From assembly GCA_017654855.1 (NCBI GenBank), contig CM030332.1, forward strand, positions 6,510,001-6,574,000: 64,000 nt of DNA, given 5' to 3'. The translations under genes and the position numbers were made by a program. Under the pieces are notes generated by a model that was not told where the DNA came from, searched no databases, and saw only the letters and a program-made list of their open reading frames with translations. Numbering within the stretch: position 1 is the stretch's first letter; every line of letters begins with the position of its first letter. The DNA comes from Podospora anserina (Eukaryota). Of the stretch, positions 62,872 through 64,000 are shown piece after piece.

Positions 62872-64000
62872 CTTCGCAACATTGCGCCCGCGCCTTTTTG
62901 TTACTTTATGTTCGCAACACATACACACACACTTATACCTTCTTTTCAGCGTACTCTATGTCTGTGATTTACTTTGTGTTGTTTTGATTTCATCATATCA
63001 CTTGAAGCGGATACCTTTTCGTTTTCTTTTGCCTCGATTAGAGGTTTGTGGGTTTGCGGGTCGGGTTACCCAGAGAAGCCTGGGGTGATCAAAAAAACTT
63101 GACGAGTACGTACACATGGAGTCTTTCGAAAGAGGAACGGAATTTAAGAGTATGGCACAGTTAGCTCAGTTTCGGGCCTGTTTTGGTTCGGAATCGCGAT
63201 GCGTTTATGCCGTCTTTACCTTTGATGCTGTAGACAATGTACCAACAGCCAATCCTCTGGCTAGGGTCGGATCTTGACTCTCGTAAAAGAAACAGTGAAC
63301 CAAGCAAATTGTGCAGAGAAGCTTATTTTTGCTAGCTCCGATCTATAAGATTTAAGAGATATATTGCATGTGCCTCCTTATTGGATCAGAGAGTGATATA
63401 TCCTCCTGCATGGCGTCGTGATTTGAAGGGGGTTTGATCGTGTTGTGGATTGGGTCCCCCGGGGTGGAGTGGGCGGTCAGCCGATTTGATGGATATGCAT
63501 TTCAAGGGGGAAGAGAGGAAGGTGAGTGGTCGGTCGGAGGTTTTTGGTCTACCCTTGTCCACATGGTAGAGGGCCACAGAAGATATGGGATTGCTTCGAG
63601 AAGATTAGATTAGATCGGTTGTCAGATGGTGGTGCTGGGTTGGCTGAGCGCTGGTGAGCAACCTACCCACTGCCTCTTGCCAATTGTGCGCCTAACCTAT
63701 CAGGCAGCAACAACACCCATCACCGGGAAAAAGAGAAATGTGGGGCAAAACTGCCAGCTTGGGAGCCACACCTCGCTGTTGCTGCTCATTCACCATCAGT
63801 CCCAACGCAAGAGAGACGACAGGAGGCACAAACCGGGAAATTAAACGACAGCTTCAACGACGAAAGACTTGCATATCGCGCGAATTATTCGACGAGACAT
63901 AACTATCAAGAAACATGCTCTTCTTCAGGTATGCATTTGCCCCTCTTGGCTTTCAGACATCGACGTTCTGGGGTGTGTTTTCATGAATTTGGGGAGGGAA

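Noticed and set aside
63154-63204. tRNA-like A-box (TAGCTCAGTT) and B-box-like (GGTTCGGAATC) pair
   Set aside because: Too short, with no anticodon arm or acceptor stem pairing.

Overview
Eukaryotic DNA from a filamentous ascomycete. Short GT-AG introns with CTRAC branch points and the gene content suggest Sordariales, Podospora-like; this is an inference. No prokaryotic features, CRISPR arrays or intact transposons were seen. In order, the window holds: the 3' end of an Lcl3-like nuclease, Rax2, an intron-containing tRNA-Ile(AAT), an ~11 kb gene-poor spacer, a FlbC/FLE1-type C2H2 transcription factor, and an ~9 kb gene-poor spacer. A compact housekeeping block follows: SF3B1/Hsh155, Ipa1/UBE3D-like HECT_2 protein, OGG1, U2AF65, RPS13, DPY-30/Sdc1 and FAN1. 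After it come a Ser/Pro-rich unknown protein and, divergently ~12 kb away, HapB/NF-YA. The strongest unannotated signal is a box H/ACA-type guide hairpin in the 327-nt Ipa1 intron. Its pocket is complementary to the U2 snRNA sequence flanking U42 (snR81-like). It lies between the SF3B1 and U2AF65 genes, giving a ~10 kb U2/branch-point micro-cluster. Other signals are a GC-AG terminal intron in U2AF65, a strongly structured RPS13 intron, CCAAT-box clusters and 5'UTR introns around hapB, and an in-frame retainable intron in flbC. All exon boundaries and RNA pairings were read by eye; no database searches or folding programs were run.
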